Shown here one piece after another: positions 29,664-40,714 of a DNA stretch of 64,000 nucleotides (its first letter is position 1; each line of letters begins with the position of its first letter). The stretch covers positions 1 through 64,000 of the forward strand of contig CAXBMO010000018.1 in assembly GCA_963977015.1 (NCBI GenBank), written 5' to 3'. A program made the position numbers and the translations under genes. The stretch comes from an uncultured bacterium (GTDB taxonomy: Bacteria; Verrucomicrobiota; Verrucomicrobiia; Verrucomicrobiales; DEV007). Below the pieces are notes generated by a model. It was not told the DNA's origin. It made no database searches and saw nothing but the letters and a program-made list of their open reading frames with translations.

Positions 29664-31079
29664 TTAATCCTCAAATCGCACCGCCAGCGTCGGTGGCGGC
29701 AGAACCGGGTGACGCCGACTCGCGAATCCGTGAACGAGGCCTCCAGACTGTTCTTCGGCGGTCTTTCGAACCACGATCAGCGTCGCGAATCCATCCGTTT
29801 GGGAACGGAGATAGTCCACCAGCGCCGAACCACTGATTCCAAAAGTTCCCCGCGACACACCTTGCTCCATCGTAAAGGTCCCGAGCTTTTCAACCAAGCC
29901 GCTTTTCAGATTGGCTCCATGCTCAGGAACGTTGGCAGGTGCATTCTCCCACGTCATCGCATCCCTGTTCCAGCCGTCCATTTCCGCACCTTTCAGGCCG
30001 TAAACCTCGAACTCGGAATCGGGAACGTGGGACGCGAGTCCCCACCCCGTGGGATCGAAGTGGAGGATCAATTCGGCATCCACAATTCGCGCCAAGTCTG
30101 ATGAGGACACTTCAAATCCGAGATAGGCCTTCCGGCTCGGACCTTGTTTGGAATTCGTATTTTTGACCAGAAGCAGCTCATCGGAAATGTGGTCGCCAAT
30201 GGGATGGGACGCGACATAGGCATCACGCGTCGTCGCAATCATTCTCCAGTCCGAGCCCTTTCGCAGAACCGGCAACGATTGCGCCCAATCACCTTCTTCG
30301 GGAACCGAACTCGCTTCCGAAACGCGATCGCCCGCCACATAATTCCGCTGACCGGCTTCCAATCGCACGATCTCCTTCGAAGCCGGATGCTCCACTTCGA
30401 CGACGCCTTCAAAAACCTGGGTTTGCGTCGCTCCCGACCCGGAATCGACATTGACGGCAAATCGCGTTCCATAATCGACCACATTGGCGGTGGGCGTTCC
30501 AATCTGGAACCCAAGCGCCGACTCGGGAATATCGGCCACCGCCGTCCCACGCGTCAGCAGGCAATTCATTCGATCAATCAGCTGGATCTCAACCGGCGCC
30601 TCGAGAATCACTTCAGCGCCCGAATCAAAACGCAGCGTGGCCAGTCCTTCCGCCAATCGCAGCTGTCCCTGGCTCAATCGCGCTCCTTCTGCCGTCGGCA
30701 AATTGCCGCTCTCCCATCTTGCCGCGCGGGTTTTCTCCATCGTCGCAAACGTCGCATCCTTGGGGGAATTCCCCCACCAAACCAGGGTGACGGTCGCGAG
30801 AGCTACCATCGCCGCCGCAACTCCCCAGATTCCGCTCACCCGACCCAGGAACGACGACGTTGCCGGAAAGTCGATCACGTCGCCCGCTTCCGATTTCGAT
30901 TCGCTGACCTGGTCCCAATAGAGCGCCGCGTGGTCGTGCATGAAGTCGGCAAATTTTCGCCTCGCCGCTTCGTCCGACTGCAACCACTCATCGAGTCGCT
31001 TGCGCTTCGCTTCCGTCAGTTCGCCCTCGGCGTAATCGTTCGCCAAATCCAGAAGTTCGTCCTGTTCCTTCTCGTTCAT
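29664..31079 (-). CDS. FecR-domain anti-sigma factor with C-terminal extracytoplasmic (DNRLRE-like) domain
   Basis: N-terminal anti-sigma helix, TM segment, 'VVDYGTRFAV...VFEGVVEV'; coupled to the ECF gene. Confidence 0.8.
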   Translation of the reverse strand: MNEKEQDELLDLANDYAEGELTEAKRKRLDEWLQSDEAARRKFADFMHDHAALYWDQVSESKSEAGDVIDFPATSSFLGRVSGIWGVAAAMVALATVTLVWWGNSPKDATFATMEKTRAARWESGNLPTAEGARLSQGQLRLAEGLATLRFDSGAEVILEAPVEIQLIDRMNCLLTRGTAVADIPESALGFQIGTPTANVVDYGTRFAVNVDSGSGATQTQVFEGVVEVEHPASKEIVRLEAGQRNYVAGDRVSEASSVPEEGDWAQSLPVLRKGSDWRMIATTRDAYVASHPIGDHISDELLLVKNTNSKQGPSRKAYLGFEVSSSDLARIVDAELILHFDPTGWGLASHVPDSEFEVYGLKGAEMDGWNRDAMTWENAPANVPEHGANLKSGLVEKLGTFTMEQGVSRGTFGISGSALVDYLRSQTDGFATLIVVRKTAEEQSGGLVHGFASRRHPVLPPPTLAVRFED

Positions 31080-31609
31080 GATTGTTGAGTCTGTTGCTCC
31101 ACACAAAGGTAAAGATTCTTCCGCAGACGGCTCAGGAGCCGGTAGACGGCCCCCTCGGTCTTCTCAAAACGCCGGGCAATTTTCTCGATCGAGGCTTCGT
31201 CGCGATACCGCATTTGAACCAAGTCGCGGTGTTCGTCGCTGAGCTTGAGCAGGCACCCCTGCAAGGCTTTCTCGCGATTCACCCAACGGCGCTCGCGAAT
31301 CGCAGACTCGGATTCCTCGCTCAAGAGCTCGAGCGTCCGCTCGCTCAATTGAAAGGGCTGACGCTTGCTCTTCCGGCGATAGGCAAGGATCTGGTGAAAG
31401 AGAATCTTCCGCGCCCAGGCCGCAAAGTTGGTTCCCAGCTCAAACTGCTCGAAATTGCGCCACATGATCACCTTGCCTTCCTGCAAAATGTCCTGCGCGT
31501 CCTGGGGGGAGGCGATCAGGCCGGTGACGTAGAGTCCGAGTCGACGCTCATGCTCGGCGAGCAATCGCAGAAACGCTTCGGTGCGGTCGTTGGGTTCGGA
31601 TTCGGGCAT
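31076..31609 (-). CDS. ECF RNA polymerase sigma-70 factor
   Basis: 'DAQDILQE', 'NFAAWARKI', region 4 'SIEKIA...GAVYRLLSRLRKNL'. Confidence 0.9.
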   Translation of the reverse strand: MPESEPNDRTEAFLRLLAEHERRLGLYVTGLIASPQDAQDILQEGKVIMWRNFEQFELGTNFAAWARKILFHQILAYRRKSKRQPFQLSERTLELLSEESESAIRERRWVNREKALQGCLLKLSDEHRDLVQMRYRDEASIEKIARRFEKTEGAVYRLLSRLRKNLYLCVEQQTQQS

Positions 31610-31699
31610 GGGTTCAATGGAATAAGGCAAATTGCGCGGATTTTGGACAAACAGAAATTTTTATGTCCAAACTTCCGTGAACGGGCCTTGATAAGACAG

Positions 31700-34534
31700 A
31701 TGCTCGCAAAACCCCAACTTTACGCGCTCGCCTCATGCTGGTTTGCTTTCGCCCCAATTACGGTTTCCGGAACGGAAGGCATCGCATTCTTCGAAGAACA
31801 CGTTCGCCCAATCCTGATGGAGCGTTGCCTGGATTGCCATTCGGAGGAATCCGGCAAACGCAAGGGCGGGCTCTGGCTCGATCGCAAGGAAGCCTGGCAA
31901 ATGGGCGGCGACGGGGGCCCCGCGATCGTTCCCGGCGACCTCGAGGAAAGCCTGCTGGTTCATACGATCCGCTATCTGGAACCCAGCTTGCAGATGCCGC
32001 CCAAATCCAAGCTTCCCGACGAAGAAATCGCGATTCTGGAGCAATGGATCGCGATGGGCGCACCCGATCCACGGAATGAAGCTCTGGCCGGGGCTGTTCG
32101 CAAAACAGAGATCGACTACGAAGCCGCGCGCCGTTCCTGGGCGTTCCGTCCCCACGTCAGCCCGGAGATCCCGACGGTCAACGACGCGGAATGGGCCCGC
32201 AACGCAATCGATCCGTTCATCCTCGCGCCGCTCGAAGCTCATGGGTTGGAACCGGCCGCCGATGCAGCTCCCCGCGCCCTGATCCGGCGGCTCTACTTTG
32301 ACCTGACCGGCCTGCCTCCGACTCCCGAGGAAGTCGAAGCCTTTGCCCGGAATCCCTCGCAGGAAGCTTCCGAAGCGTTGATCGATGATTTGCTCGCTCG
32401 CCCGGCGTTTGGAGAAAAATGGGGACGTCACTGGCTCGATATCGCGCGCTATTCCGACTCGAACGGCGCCGATCGCAACTTCACGTTTCCGCAGGCCTGG
32501 CGCTACCGGAACTACGTGATCGACTCCTTCAATCGCGATCGGCCGTTCTACGAATTCGTCCAACAACAGCTCGCCGGAGATCTGCTTCCCGCCGGGAATG
32601 ACGAACAACGCCGCGAACAACTCGTCGCCGCGACCTTCCTCGCGCTCGGCCCCAAAATGTTGACCGAACGCGACAAGGAGAAACTGCGACTCGATACCGC
32701 AGACGAGCAGCTCGACACCGTGGGACGCGCCTTTCTCGGCCTCACGATGGGTTGCGCCCGCTGCCACGATCACAAATTCGATCCCATCTCACAAAGGGAT
32801 TACTACGCCATGGCTGGGATCTTTCGCTCCACCCAGGTGGTGATGGGCACTCGCAACGGCTGCGTCAACGTCGCCAGTTGGGTCGAACGTCCGCTGCCGA
32901 TTCCGGAACCGGAACGGAGCCAGTTGGCCGCCAAGGTCGAGCGCCTCGAACTCGCGATGCGCCTAACCGTTGAAAAGAGCTTCATGAAGAAAGCGGGTGG
33001 CAAAATGACGCTCGATAACCTGCCCCTGGCTGGCGTGATTTACGACGAAGCGGATGCTGAATTGGTGGGCAACTGGAAAGCCTCCACGATTTCGATGAAC
33101 CGGTTCGGGAAAGGCTACATTCACGACGACCAGGAAGCCAAAGGGGAAAAGAAGGCGATCTTCACGGCGGCTCTTCCTGAGAACGGAGAATACGAAGTTC
33201 GCCTCGCCTACAGTTCGGCATCCAACCGCGCGAGCAACGTTCCGATCAAGGTCGAAGCCTGGAAAAACATCCATCACGTCGCCCTCGATGAAACGAAGCG
33301 GCCCTCGATTGGCGGACTGTTTGAGCCGATCGGACGATTCCGGTTCGAGAAAGGTGGTCGCGCCAAGGTCACCATCGAAACCGGTGAAACCAACGGCTAT
33401 GTCATCGTCGATGCGGTCCAATTCATCGCCGTTGACGATATCGAGCGCGAAGCCATGGCCTTGGCCGCGGTCGAAGGTGAACAGGGCGAAGACGAGCTCT
33501 TCCGGATGACCGAAGGCGAATTGAAGAAGGTGTTGGGCAAGTTGATCGGCGAATTGCGGGGAGCTGAACTGGCAATGGCGCCACGCGACGCGAAGGACGC
33601 GGGCGACATCAATTTGCGCGTTCGCGGCGAAGTCGGCCAACTGGGCCCGGTCGTTCCCCGCAACTTTCCTCTCGCCCTTCATGCCGGTGACCAACCCAAG
33701 ATCTCAGACGGCGAAAGTGGGCGCCGCCAACTCGCCACCTGGATCACCGGACCGGAAAACGCCCTTCTCGATCGCGTCATCGCAAACCGGCTCTGGCACA
33801 ACTTGATGGGAAGGGGAATCGTCGCCTCGGTCGATAACTTTGGCGCCTTGGGAACCAAACCAACGCACCCGGAATTGCTGGACCATCTCGCGACTCAATT
33901 TCGAAACAGCGGTGGCTCGATGAAGACGCTCATTCGTGAGATTGCCTCGAGCCGGACCTACCAACTGAGCACCACAGTTCCGGCTTCCCAGCAAGCTGCC
34001 GACCCGAAAAATGATCTCTTCGGTCGCCAGAATCATCGGCGGCTTACCGCAGAGGAAATCCGCGACAGCGCACTGTTCCTCGCCGGAGAACTCGAATCCT
34101 CTCCCGGCCAGGCCACGGCAAGCAAATTTGGCGTTGATCTCGACAAGCCGATATCGTTCGCCAAGGAGAAGTTGCGGACCGTGTATCTTCCCATCGCCCG
34201 GAACAATCTGGTCGCGGACCTGGAGGTTTTCGACGCCGCGAATCCCGATCTCGTCAGTGGCAACCGCGCCGAAACGACCGTCCCAACCCAGGCGCTCTAC
34301 CTCATCAACAGCGACTTCTTTCTGAGCAAGGCGAAAATCCTGGGAACAAAGGCAAGCTCAAAACCCGACCGCATTTCCTGGCTTTATGAGACGATTCTCA
34401 ATCGCCCTCCGGAAACCGAAGAGGCATCCCGCGCCCAGGCGTTCGTTTCCGAAATCAGTCCCAATCCCGAAGAAGCGCACGCCCACCTCGCGCACCTGCT
34501 CCTCGTCTCCACCGAATTTCTCTACCTCGACTAA
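31700..34534 (+). CDS. PSCyt1 + DUF1549 + golvesin/xanthan-lyase C-terminal-like domain + DUF1553 protein
   Basis: 'CLDCH', 'GEKWGRHWLDIARYSDS', 'CARCHDHKFDP', 'GEYEVRLAYSSASNRASNVP', '[11 protein letters not shown]'. Confidence 0.9.
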   Translation: MLAKPQLYALASCWFAFAPITVSGTEGIAFFEEHVRPILMERCLDCHSEESGKRKGGLWLDRKEAWQMGGDGGPAIVPGDLEESLLVHTIRYLEPSLQMPPKSKLPDEEIAILEQWIAMGAPDPRNEALAGAVRKTEIDYEAARRSWAFRPHVSPEIPTVNDAEWARNAIDPFILAPLEAHGLEPAADAAPRALIRRLYFDLTGLPPTPEEVEAFARNPSQEASEALIDDLLARPAFGEKWGRHWLDIARYSDSNGADRNFTFPQAWRYRNYVIDSFNRDRPFYEFVQQQLAGDLLPAGNDEQRREQLVAATFLALGPKMLTERDKEKLRLDTADEQLDTVGRAFLGLTMGCARCHDHKFDPISQRDYYAMAGIFRSTQVVMGTRNGCVNVASWVERPLPIPEPERSQLAAKVERLELAMRLTVEKSFMKKAGGKMTLDNLPLAGVIYDEADAELVGNWKASTISMNRFGKGYIHDDQEAKGEKKAIFTAALPENGEYEVRLAYSSASNRASNVPIKVEAWKNIHHVALDETKRPSIGGLFEPIGRFRFEKGGRAKVTIETGETNGYVIVDAVQFIAVDDIEREAMALAAVEGEQGEDELFRMTEGELKKVLGKLIGELRGAELAMAPRDAKDAGDINLRVRGEVGQLGPVVPRNFPLALHAGDQPKISDGESGRRQLATWITGPENALLDRVIANRLWHNLMGRGIVASVDNFGALGTKPTHPELLDHLATQFRNSGGSMKTLIREIASSRTYQLSTTVPASQQAADPKNDLFGRQNHRRLTAEEIRDSALFLAGELESSPGQATASKFGVDLDKPISFAKEKLRTVYLPIARNNLVADLEVFDAANPDLVSGNRAETTVPTQALYLINSDFFLSKAKILGTKASSKPDRISWLYETILNRPPETEEASRAQAFVSEISPNPEEAHAHLAHLLLVSTEFLYLD

Positions 34535-34543
34535 GCCCCTATC

Positions 34544-35944
34544 ATGAGCCCTCAATCGACAGCCTGTCATCACTACGACCCGCCGGCGCTTTCGCGACGC
34601 CAAATGCTGCAACGCTCCGTCTGCGGGTTTGGATCGCTCGCCATGACCGGCCTCGCCGCAGCGTCCGGGCAACAAATGCATCACGCGCCCCGGGCCAAAC
34701 GCGTCATCTTTCTCTTCATGCACGGTGGGCCCTCCCAGGTCGATACCTTCGATTATAAGCCGAAGTTGCAGGAGCGCGACGGCCAGCGTCTGCCCTATGC
34801 TCCCGCCAAAAATCTGGATCCTTCCGCAACCGCTCAGGCCAAACTTCTCGGCTCACCCTGGAAGTTTTCCCGGCACGGCGAATCCGGCCTTTGGGTCAGC
34901 GATCTCTTCCCGAATGTTGCCAAACTGACCGATGATCTCTGCGTCATTCGCTCGATGCAAAGCAAGGGCCAGTCGCACGGTCAGGCCGTCTGCATGCTGC
35001 ACACGGGAACGGACAATTTCGTCCGCCCGTCCGTCGGGGCCTGGGTCAGTTACGGGCTCGGCACGGAAAACGAGAACCTCCCCTCGTTTGTCAGCATCAG
35101 TCCTTCGGCGACCCACGGCGGTCCCCGCAACTACGGACCTGCCTTTCTCCCCGCCGAGCACCAGGCCACCACCATCGGTCGCAATGGAAAGCTGGACCAA
35201 TCCGCTTCGTTCCGTTTTCTGAGTTCCAAATCCGGCGCTGACATCCAAACCAAGAAACTCGCGTTTCTTCAGGCGATGAATCGCCAGCACTTTGAGCGGA
35301 CCCAACACGGACCGGTCGAGGGAATGATCCAATCGATGGAGCTCGCATTTCGCATGCAGAGTTCGGCCCCGTCCGTCATCGACACCAAGGACGAGCCCGA
35401 ACACATTCGCGACCTCTACGGCATCGGCACCAAGGAGACGGACAACTACGGCCGCCAGTGCCTCCTCGCCCGGCGCTTCGCCGAGGCAGGGGTTCGCTAC
35501 ATCCAGGTGAGCACTCCTAACGTGTGGGATCAGCATGGAAACCTGAAAGGCGGTCACGCCAAGAACAGCCTGGCCGTCGATAAACCCATCGCCGGATTGC
35601 TGACGGATCTGAAACAGCGCGGCATGCTCGAAGACACCCTCGTGGTTTGGGGGGGAGAATTTGGCCGCACCCCAATTGTGCAAGGTTCCAACGGCCGCGA
35701 TCACAACCCTCAGGGGTTCACCATGTGGATGGCCGGAGGTGGCGTCAAGGGAGGGCTCGCCTGGGGCGAAACCGACGAATTCGGCTACTACGCAGTGAAG
35801 GACAAAGTCCACATGCATGATCTTCACGCGACCATTCTGCACCTCTTGGGAATCGATCACCTCCAGCTCACCTATCGCTACGCAGGACGGGATTTCCGGC
35901 TCACCGATGTCTATGGTGACGTGGTGAACGGGATTCTTGCCTGA
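34544..35944 (+). CDS. DUF1501 domain protein
   Basis: 'SRRQML', '[20 protein letters not shown]', 'WGGEFGRTP'. Confidence 0.92.
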   Translation: MSPQSTACHHYDPPALSRRQMLQRSVCGFGSLAMTGLAAASGQQMHHAPRAKRVIFLFMHGGPSQVDTFDYKPKLQERDGQRLPYAPAKNLDPSATAQAKLLGSPWKFSRHGESGLWVSDLFPNVAKLTDDLCVIRSMQSKGQSHGQAVCMLHTGTDNFVRPSVGAWVSYGLGTENENLPSFVSISPSATHGGPRNYGPAFLPAEHQATTIGRNGKLDQSASFRFLSSKSGADIQTKKLAFLQAMNRQHFERTQHGPVEGMIQSMELAFRMQSSAPSVIDTKDEPEHIRDLYGIGTKETDNYGRQCLLARRFAEAGVRYIQVSTPNVWDQHGNLKGGHAKNSLAVDKPIAGLLTDLKQRGMLEDTLVVWGGEFGRTPIVQGSNGRDHNPQGFTMWMAGGGVKGGLAWGETDEFGYYAVKDKVHMHDLHATILHLLGIDHLQLTYRYAGRDFRLTDVYGDVVNGILA

Positions 35945-35956
35945 TGGATTGGGCCA

Positions 35957-36775
35957 TCAACTTCCCGGCACCACAAACTGGACGTCGCGAACTTCGTGGT
36001 TCTCCAGTTGGAACGTGAGATAGCCGGCCTGCTTTTCTTCTGCGGTCGAATGCATCCCGGCAGACCCGGCATTGAGACAAAGCGTCGCCGGTGCCGAATC
36101 CGCTCGCAGTTGCCAGCGAACGTGCTTGTGCCCGTGAAGGTAAGCCACGGGACGATGTTTGGCGACGAGAGCGGCGAGGCGTTCTTCGCCCAAGAGCTGA
36201 TGATGGGGCGCTTCAGGATGCTCCGGAGGATTCGCGAAGGGATAGTGGCCGATCACCAGCGTCGTCTTCCCGGCATGCTGGGCCAATTCCGCATCAAGCT
36301 GTTTCTCGAGTGCGTTCGTGAGGAGTCCATTCGACCGAATCGCGAACGGACGCGAAGCATCATATCCCACAACCACAGTTGAAGCATCAATCTCCCACGA
36401 TCGAACCCCTTCAATCCGACCGGACGGAAACCACCGGTCGTATCTCGCCCGCGATCCCGGAGTGTAACGATCGTGGTTGCCGGGAATCTCGATGAACCGC
36501 TCCCCCCACTTTTCCCGAATCGGCGCCATCAGCTCGGCAGCCGCCTCGAACTCCGAATCCAGCGACATGGTGGAATAGTCGCCGGTAAAGATCACCAGGT
36601 CCGCATCCTGAGACGCGATATGGGCGGCGACCTCAATGGCGAGATGAGGCGGAAATTTGCCGCGACGATGAAACGCCAGATTCAGGAACCCCAGCCAACG
36701 CTTGGGATAGAACGGATCCGTCCAATCGAATTTGCAACGCCAAACATGGAGATCACTGAAATGAAGGACTTTCAT
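35957..36775 (-). CDS. Metallophosphoesterase (calcineurin-like)
   Basis: 'SDLH', 'TGD', 'PGNHD', 'HGHKH'. Confidence 0.88.
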   Translation of the reverse strand: MKVLHFSDLHVWRCKFDWTDPFYPKRWLGFLNLAFHRRGKFPPHLAIEVAAHIASQDADLVIFTGDYSTMSLDSEFEAAAELMAPIREKWGERFIEIPGNHDRYTPGSRARYDRWFPSGRIEGVRSWEIDASTVVVGYDASRPFAIRSNGLLTNALEKQLDAELAQHAGKTTLVIGHYPFANPPEHPEAPHHQLLGEERLAALVAKHRPVAYLHGHKHVRWQLRADSAPATLCLNAGSAGMHSTAEEKQAGYLTFQLENHEVRDVQFVVPGS

Positions 36776-36811
36776 GGGAAGGGGCCAACACCAAAAAAAC
36801 TACCATCGAGG

Positions 36812-38281
36812 TCAGGCAAGGATGGAATCGAGATCCTTTTTCGTTCGTGGATGTTCCAGGTAGGGATCTCCATGTTGATCCGCGTAATTCGAGAGGTCCC
36901 TGGCCAATTCTTTGGCGACTTCCGGCTGCGCGTCGATGAAGTTGATCAATTCGTCAGGATCGGTCTCAAGATCAAGGAGCCAGGGTTTGTCGTGGGAAGA
37001 CAGAATCAGCTTGTGGCGCGGCGTCACCGCACTGATCCACCCTTCGGATGAGCCGGGACGCCCCGTCCCCCGCATGAAGGTCACGTTTTTCCAGTCATTG
37101 CCTTCGCGCTCGGATTTCAGAAGCGGGCTGGCATCCCTCCCCTCTTCCTTTCCCGCAGTTTCGACTCCCATCAAGGCGAGCATGGTGGGCAGAAAATCGA
37201 CCGTATTCACGACCTCATCGACCTGCGTTCCCGCCTTGATTTGGCTGGGAAACCTGGCCACGAAGGGAACCTTGGCGGAAGCCTCCAGCGGAATGCCCTT
37301 ATTTTGCCGATGATGCTCGCCCCGCATATCTCCGTGATCCGCCGTGAACACAACAATCGTGTTCTCCAGCAACTCGCGCTCCCGCAACGCCTCCAACAAG
37401 CGCCCCACACAATCATCAATGCACTTGATCATGCCGCGATAGCTGGCCATCGGATAATTGCACTTCTGGGGAGCGGCCCAGCTGGGAACGCCCTTTCGCT
37501 CCTTGTCGTAAGTTCGCGGTTTCTCGACCACGTCGTCATCATACATGGTGTCGTAGGGAGCACGAACCGTATCCGGCCCATGGGGATCCGGGATACTCAG
37601 CATATGGCAAAACGGCTCAGCCTGATGCCGATCAATAAACTCGATCGTGCGATCCGTGAGAAAGTCCGTCGCGAACGACGTTTCGTCAGCGCCTCTGACG
37701 CTATAGGTCGGGTTGCCCTTCGCGTCGCGAGCCTTCACCCGCGGTCCATCCTCGGTTTCCTCAAACTGCTTCCAGTGTCCGCGATTGAACATGTAACGGT
37801 TGTCTTCAAACCCGAACTTGCGCTCAGGTCCCCACTGGGGTTTCCCAACCCCGTCCAAGTGCCACTTCCCGGCATAACCGGTCGCATAACCCGCATTTCC
37901 AAGCGTCTCGGCAAAACTGACGATGTCATCACGCAACGGGATGTTGTTGGTCGTTACCGGCGTGTTTTGCGGATAGCAGCCGGAGATAAAGGATGAGCGC
38001 GAAGGCGAACAGACCGGGGTTGCCGCATAGAACTTGGTACACAAGACGCCTTCTTTGGCGATGGAATCGATATGGGGAGATTCCACAACCGATTTCGTGC
38101 CCCACATGAACGCCTGCTCCGGCGGAAGCGTTTCCCGATAACAGCCCAGGGTTCGAAAATTGAGTTCATCGCAATGAATCACCAACAAATTGGGCTTCGC
38201 CTCTCCTTGAGCGAAAGCCGGAGCGGCTGCGGATGCAGTGGCGGCGGCAGTGGAGGTTTGAAGAAAATCGCGGCGTTGCAT
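36812..38281 (-). CDS. Tat-exported sulfatase
   Basis: 'MQRRDFL', 'CSPSR', 'GKWHL', 'TADHG'. Confidence 0.92.
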   Translation of the reverse strand: MQRRDFLQTSTAAATASAAAPAFAQGEAKPNLLVIHCDELNFRTLGCYRETLPPEQAFMWGTKSVVESPHIDSIAKEGVLCTKFYAATPVCSPSRSSFISGCYPQNTPVTTNNIPLRDDIVSFAETLGNAGYATGYAGKWHLDGVGKPQWGPERKFGFEDNRYMFNRGHWKQFEETEDGPRVKARDAKGNPTYSVRGADETSFATDFLTDRTIEFIDRHQAEPFCHMLSIPDPHGPDTVRAPYDTMYDDDVVEKPRTYDKERKGVPSWAAPQKCNYPMASYRGMIKCIDDCVGRLLEALRERELLENTIVVFTADHGDMRGEHHRQNKGIPLEASAKVPFVARFPSQIKAGTQVDEVVNTVDFLPTMLALMGVETAGKEEGRDASPLLKSEREGNDWKNVTFMRGTGRPGSSEGWISAVTPRHKLILSSHDKPWLLDLETDPDELINFIDAQPEVAKELARDLSNYADQHGDPYLEHPRTKKDLDSILA

Positions 38282-38459
38282 TCCCCACGCGAAGCTCTCC
38301 CTCACCGATTTTCAAATGCGAAGTCACAGATTTGCGCTCACTCCAGATTCGCGCGGCCCATCCCGGGATACTTCGAAATCCCTACCGTCAGGCCCGCCAA
38401 ATCTCGCGAACTGAAGCCGTTTCCACAAAACCACTAGTCAATCCCAGATTCCATGAGAT

Positions 38460-39272
38460 ATGATGCGGCAAATGGCCCTGCATCACTCAATTTTGGCTTT
38501 GGCCGCAACGCTGCTGTTTACCTGTCCCGCCACCGCGCAGGACATCCCCAAGGAATTGCTGGAGGACGAACACTTTCTGGAGGAATTCGGCGTCAACAAA
38601 CTGACCACCCCTTCAATTCGGAAGATTTTTGACCAGTTGAGTCGTCTCGAAGACCTTCCCTATGAGAAATTTCAGCGCGACGTCCCAAAGACTTCCAGCG
38701 ATCGCACCAAACTGGCGCTGAACCTCGGAGGTCTCATCGCCGACGGCTTTTTCGTGGTTTACACGGAGAACCTTCAGGATCTGGAGGACGTCGGCCGTGC
38801 GATTTTGAAACACGCCGCCGGCCTGGGAGCAGGTGCCCGCTTTACCAGCCACGCCAAATCGCTTGTCGAGCACAGCAATGACGGCAATTCCGAAAAGTTG
38901 CGCGATGAGCTCGCCAGAACCCAGGCCGATGTCGAGATGGAAATGATCACGCTCCGTGACGAGGACGCCGTTCACCTGATTGGGTTTGGGGGCTGGTTGC
39001 GAGCGTTTGAAGTGGCCTGCGCGGCGAGTCTCGATCCCTTCGATGCGGGCCAGGCCGAGATCTTGCGCCGGGTCGACATTGCCGATTACTACGTCCAGGA
39101 ATTCGAGACCCTGCATCCGGACATTTTGGAAAAGGATTACATGACCCAACTGTTCAAGCTCTTGATCGAGTTTCGGGACGTCGTGGACATTTCTCCCGAG
39201 CAACCGCTCACCGAGAAGCAAGTTCTGGCGATGAAACAGAAGGTGGAGCAGATGGTGAAACTCGCCTTTTGA
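38460..39272 (+). CDS. Hypothetical secreted alpha-helical protein
   Basis: Signal peptide ending ATA-Q, long ORF with normal codon style. Confidence 0.7.
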   Translation: MMRQMALHHSILALAATLLFTCPATAQDIPKELLEDEHFLEEFGVNKLTTPSIRKIFDQLSRLEDLPYEKFQRDVPKTSSDRTKLALNLGGLIADGFFVVYTENLQDLEDVGRAILKHAAGLGAGARFTSHAKSLVEHSNDGNSEKLRDELARTQADVEMEMITLRDEDAVHLIGFGGWLRAFEVACAASLDPFDAGQAEILRRVDIADYYVQEFETLHPDILEKDYMTQLFKLLIEFRDVVDISPEQPLTEKQVLAMKQKVEQMVKLAF

Positions 39273-39358
39273 TGGCACGCCGGAATCGCTTCGGCAAATC
39301 GGCCAAAACTGACGGTTCAGAATGAACAAACGGCCGGAGGGGTGGTCCCAACCGCTGC

Positions 39359-40714
39359 ATGAACTCGTCCCAGACTCGAAGAAATTTTCTCCGTGGAACC
39401 GGAGCCTGCATCGGCATTCCCGTTTTTGAATCCATGCTTTCCACCGCAACCGCGGCGGGTTTGCCTCAACCCGGCACCACGGCGACTGGCGCCCCACTCC
39501 GCATGGCGGTTGTTTACAAGCCGAATGGCGTCAACTACGACCGATGGAAGCTTGAAAAGACGGGCCAGGACTACGATTTGAGCCCCACGCTGCAGCCGCT
39601 GGCCAGTTTCAAAAAGGATTTCCAGGTTTTCACGGGATTTGAGCATCAATTTGGTTGGGGACGTCTCGATGGCGCCGGCGATCACGCGAGAGCAAACGCG
39701 ACGTTTCTGACCGGTGTTCGCCCTCACAAGACGGCGGGTTCCGATATTCGCCTCGGCATCTCATTTGACCAGGTGATGGCGAACGCGATTGGCGATCAAA
39801 CCCGTCTCGCCTCTCTCGAACTCAGCTGCGACGGCGTTCGCAAATCCGGTGCCTGCGATTCCGGCTACTCCTGCGCCTACCAGTACAACGTTTCCTGGCG
39901 GAGTGAAACCCAGCCCATGACGCCGGAATCGAACCCACGCCTGGTCTTCGAACGTCTTTTTGGGGCCGGAACCGGGGCCGAACGCACCGAGAATCTCAAG
40001 CGCCGTCAAGTTCAGCAGCGCAGCATCCTCGATTTCGTGATGAGCGACGCGAAAAAGCTGCACACCGCATTGGGCCGCAACGATCAGCAAAAGCTGGACG
40101 AGTATTTGACCGGAATTCGGGAAGTTGAGCAGGCGATCGAAAAGTCCGAGCGCTTTGGACTTCCCCCCGAACCCGGGATCCCCGCTCCATCTGGAATCCC
40201 AGGGAACTTCAGCGACCACCTCAAGCTCATGTTCGACATGATGGTTCTGGCCTTCGAGACCGACTCCACCCGGGTCGCAACGTTCATGCAGAGCTACGAC
40301 GGAAGTAACCGGACGTTCCCCGATGTCGGCGTCAAAGAAGGCCACCACGGTCTCTCACACCACCGCGGCAAATCGGAATCGCTCGAGAAACTGGCCAAAA
40401 TCGACCTGTTTTACTCGGAACATTTCGCGTATTTCCTCCAGAAACTCCGCGAGAAGAAGGATGCGGACGGAAACACCCTACTCCACAACTCCATGGTTCT
40501 CTGGGGCAGTGGACTGAGTGATCCGGATCGCCATCGCCATGACAACCTGCCGATCGTCCTGGCCGGAAACGGGGGCGGTCAACTCACACCAAACCGCCAC
40601 ATTCAGTTTGGGGAAAACAAGCCCATGACCAACCTGTTCCTCAGCATGTCAGAGAAAATGGGAGTGCCGATCGATCAGTTTGGCGATTCGACCGGGAAAA
40701 TCGCTTCCATCTAG
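39359..40714 (+). CDS. DUF1552 domain protein
   Basis: 'RRNFLRGTGACIGIPVFESM', 'PNGV', 'CDSGYSCAY', 'NPRLVFERLF', 'HHGLSHH'. Confidence 0.9.
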   Translation: MNSSQTRRNFLRGTGACIGIPVFESMLSTATAAGLPQPGTTATGAPLRMAVVYKPNGVNYDRWKLEKTGQDYDLSPTLQPLASFKKDFQVFTGFEHQFGWGRLDGAGDHARANATFLTGVRPHKTAGSDIRLGISFDQVMANAIGDQTRLASLELSCDGVRKSGACDSGYSCAYQYNVSWRSETQPMTPESNPRLVFERLFGAGTGAERTENLKRRQVQQRSILDFVMSDAKKLHTALGRNDQQKLDEYLTGIREVEQAIEKSERFGLPPEPGIPAPSGIPGNFSDHLKLMFDMMVLAFETDSTRVATFMQSYDGSNRTFPDVGVKEGHHGLSHHRGKSESLEKLAKIDLFYSEHFAYFLQKLREKKDADGNTLLHNSMVLWGSGLSDPDRHRHDNLPIVLAGNGGGQLTPNRHIQFGENKPMTNLFLSMSEKMGVPIDQFGDSTGKIASI

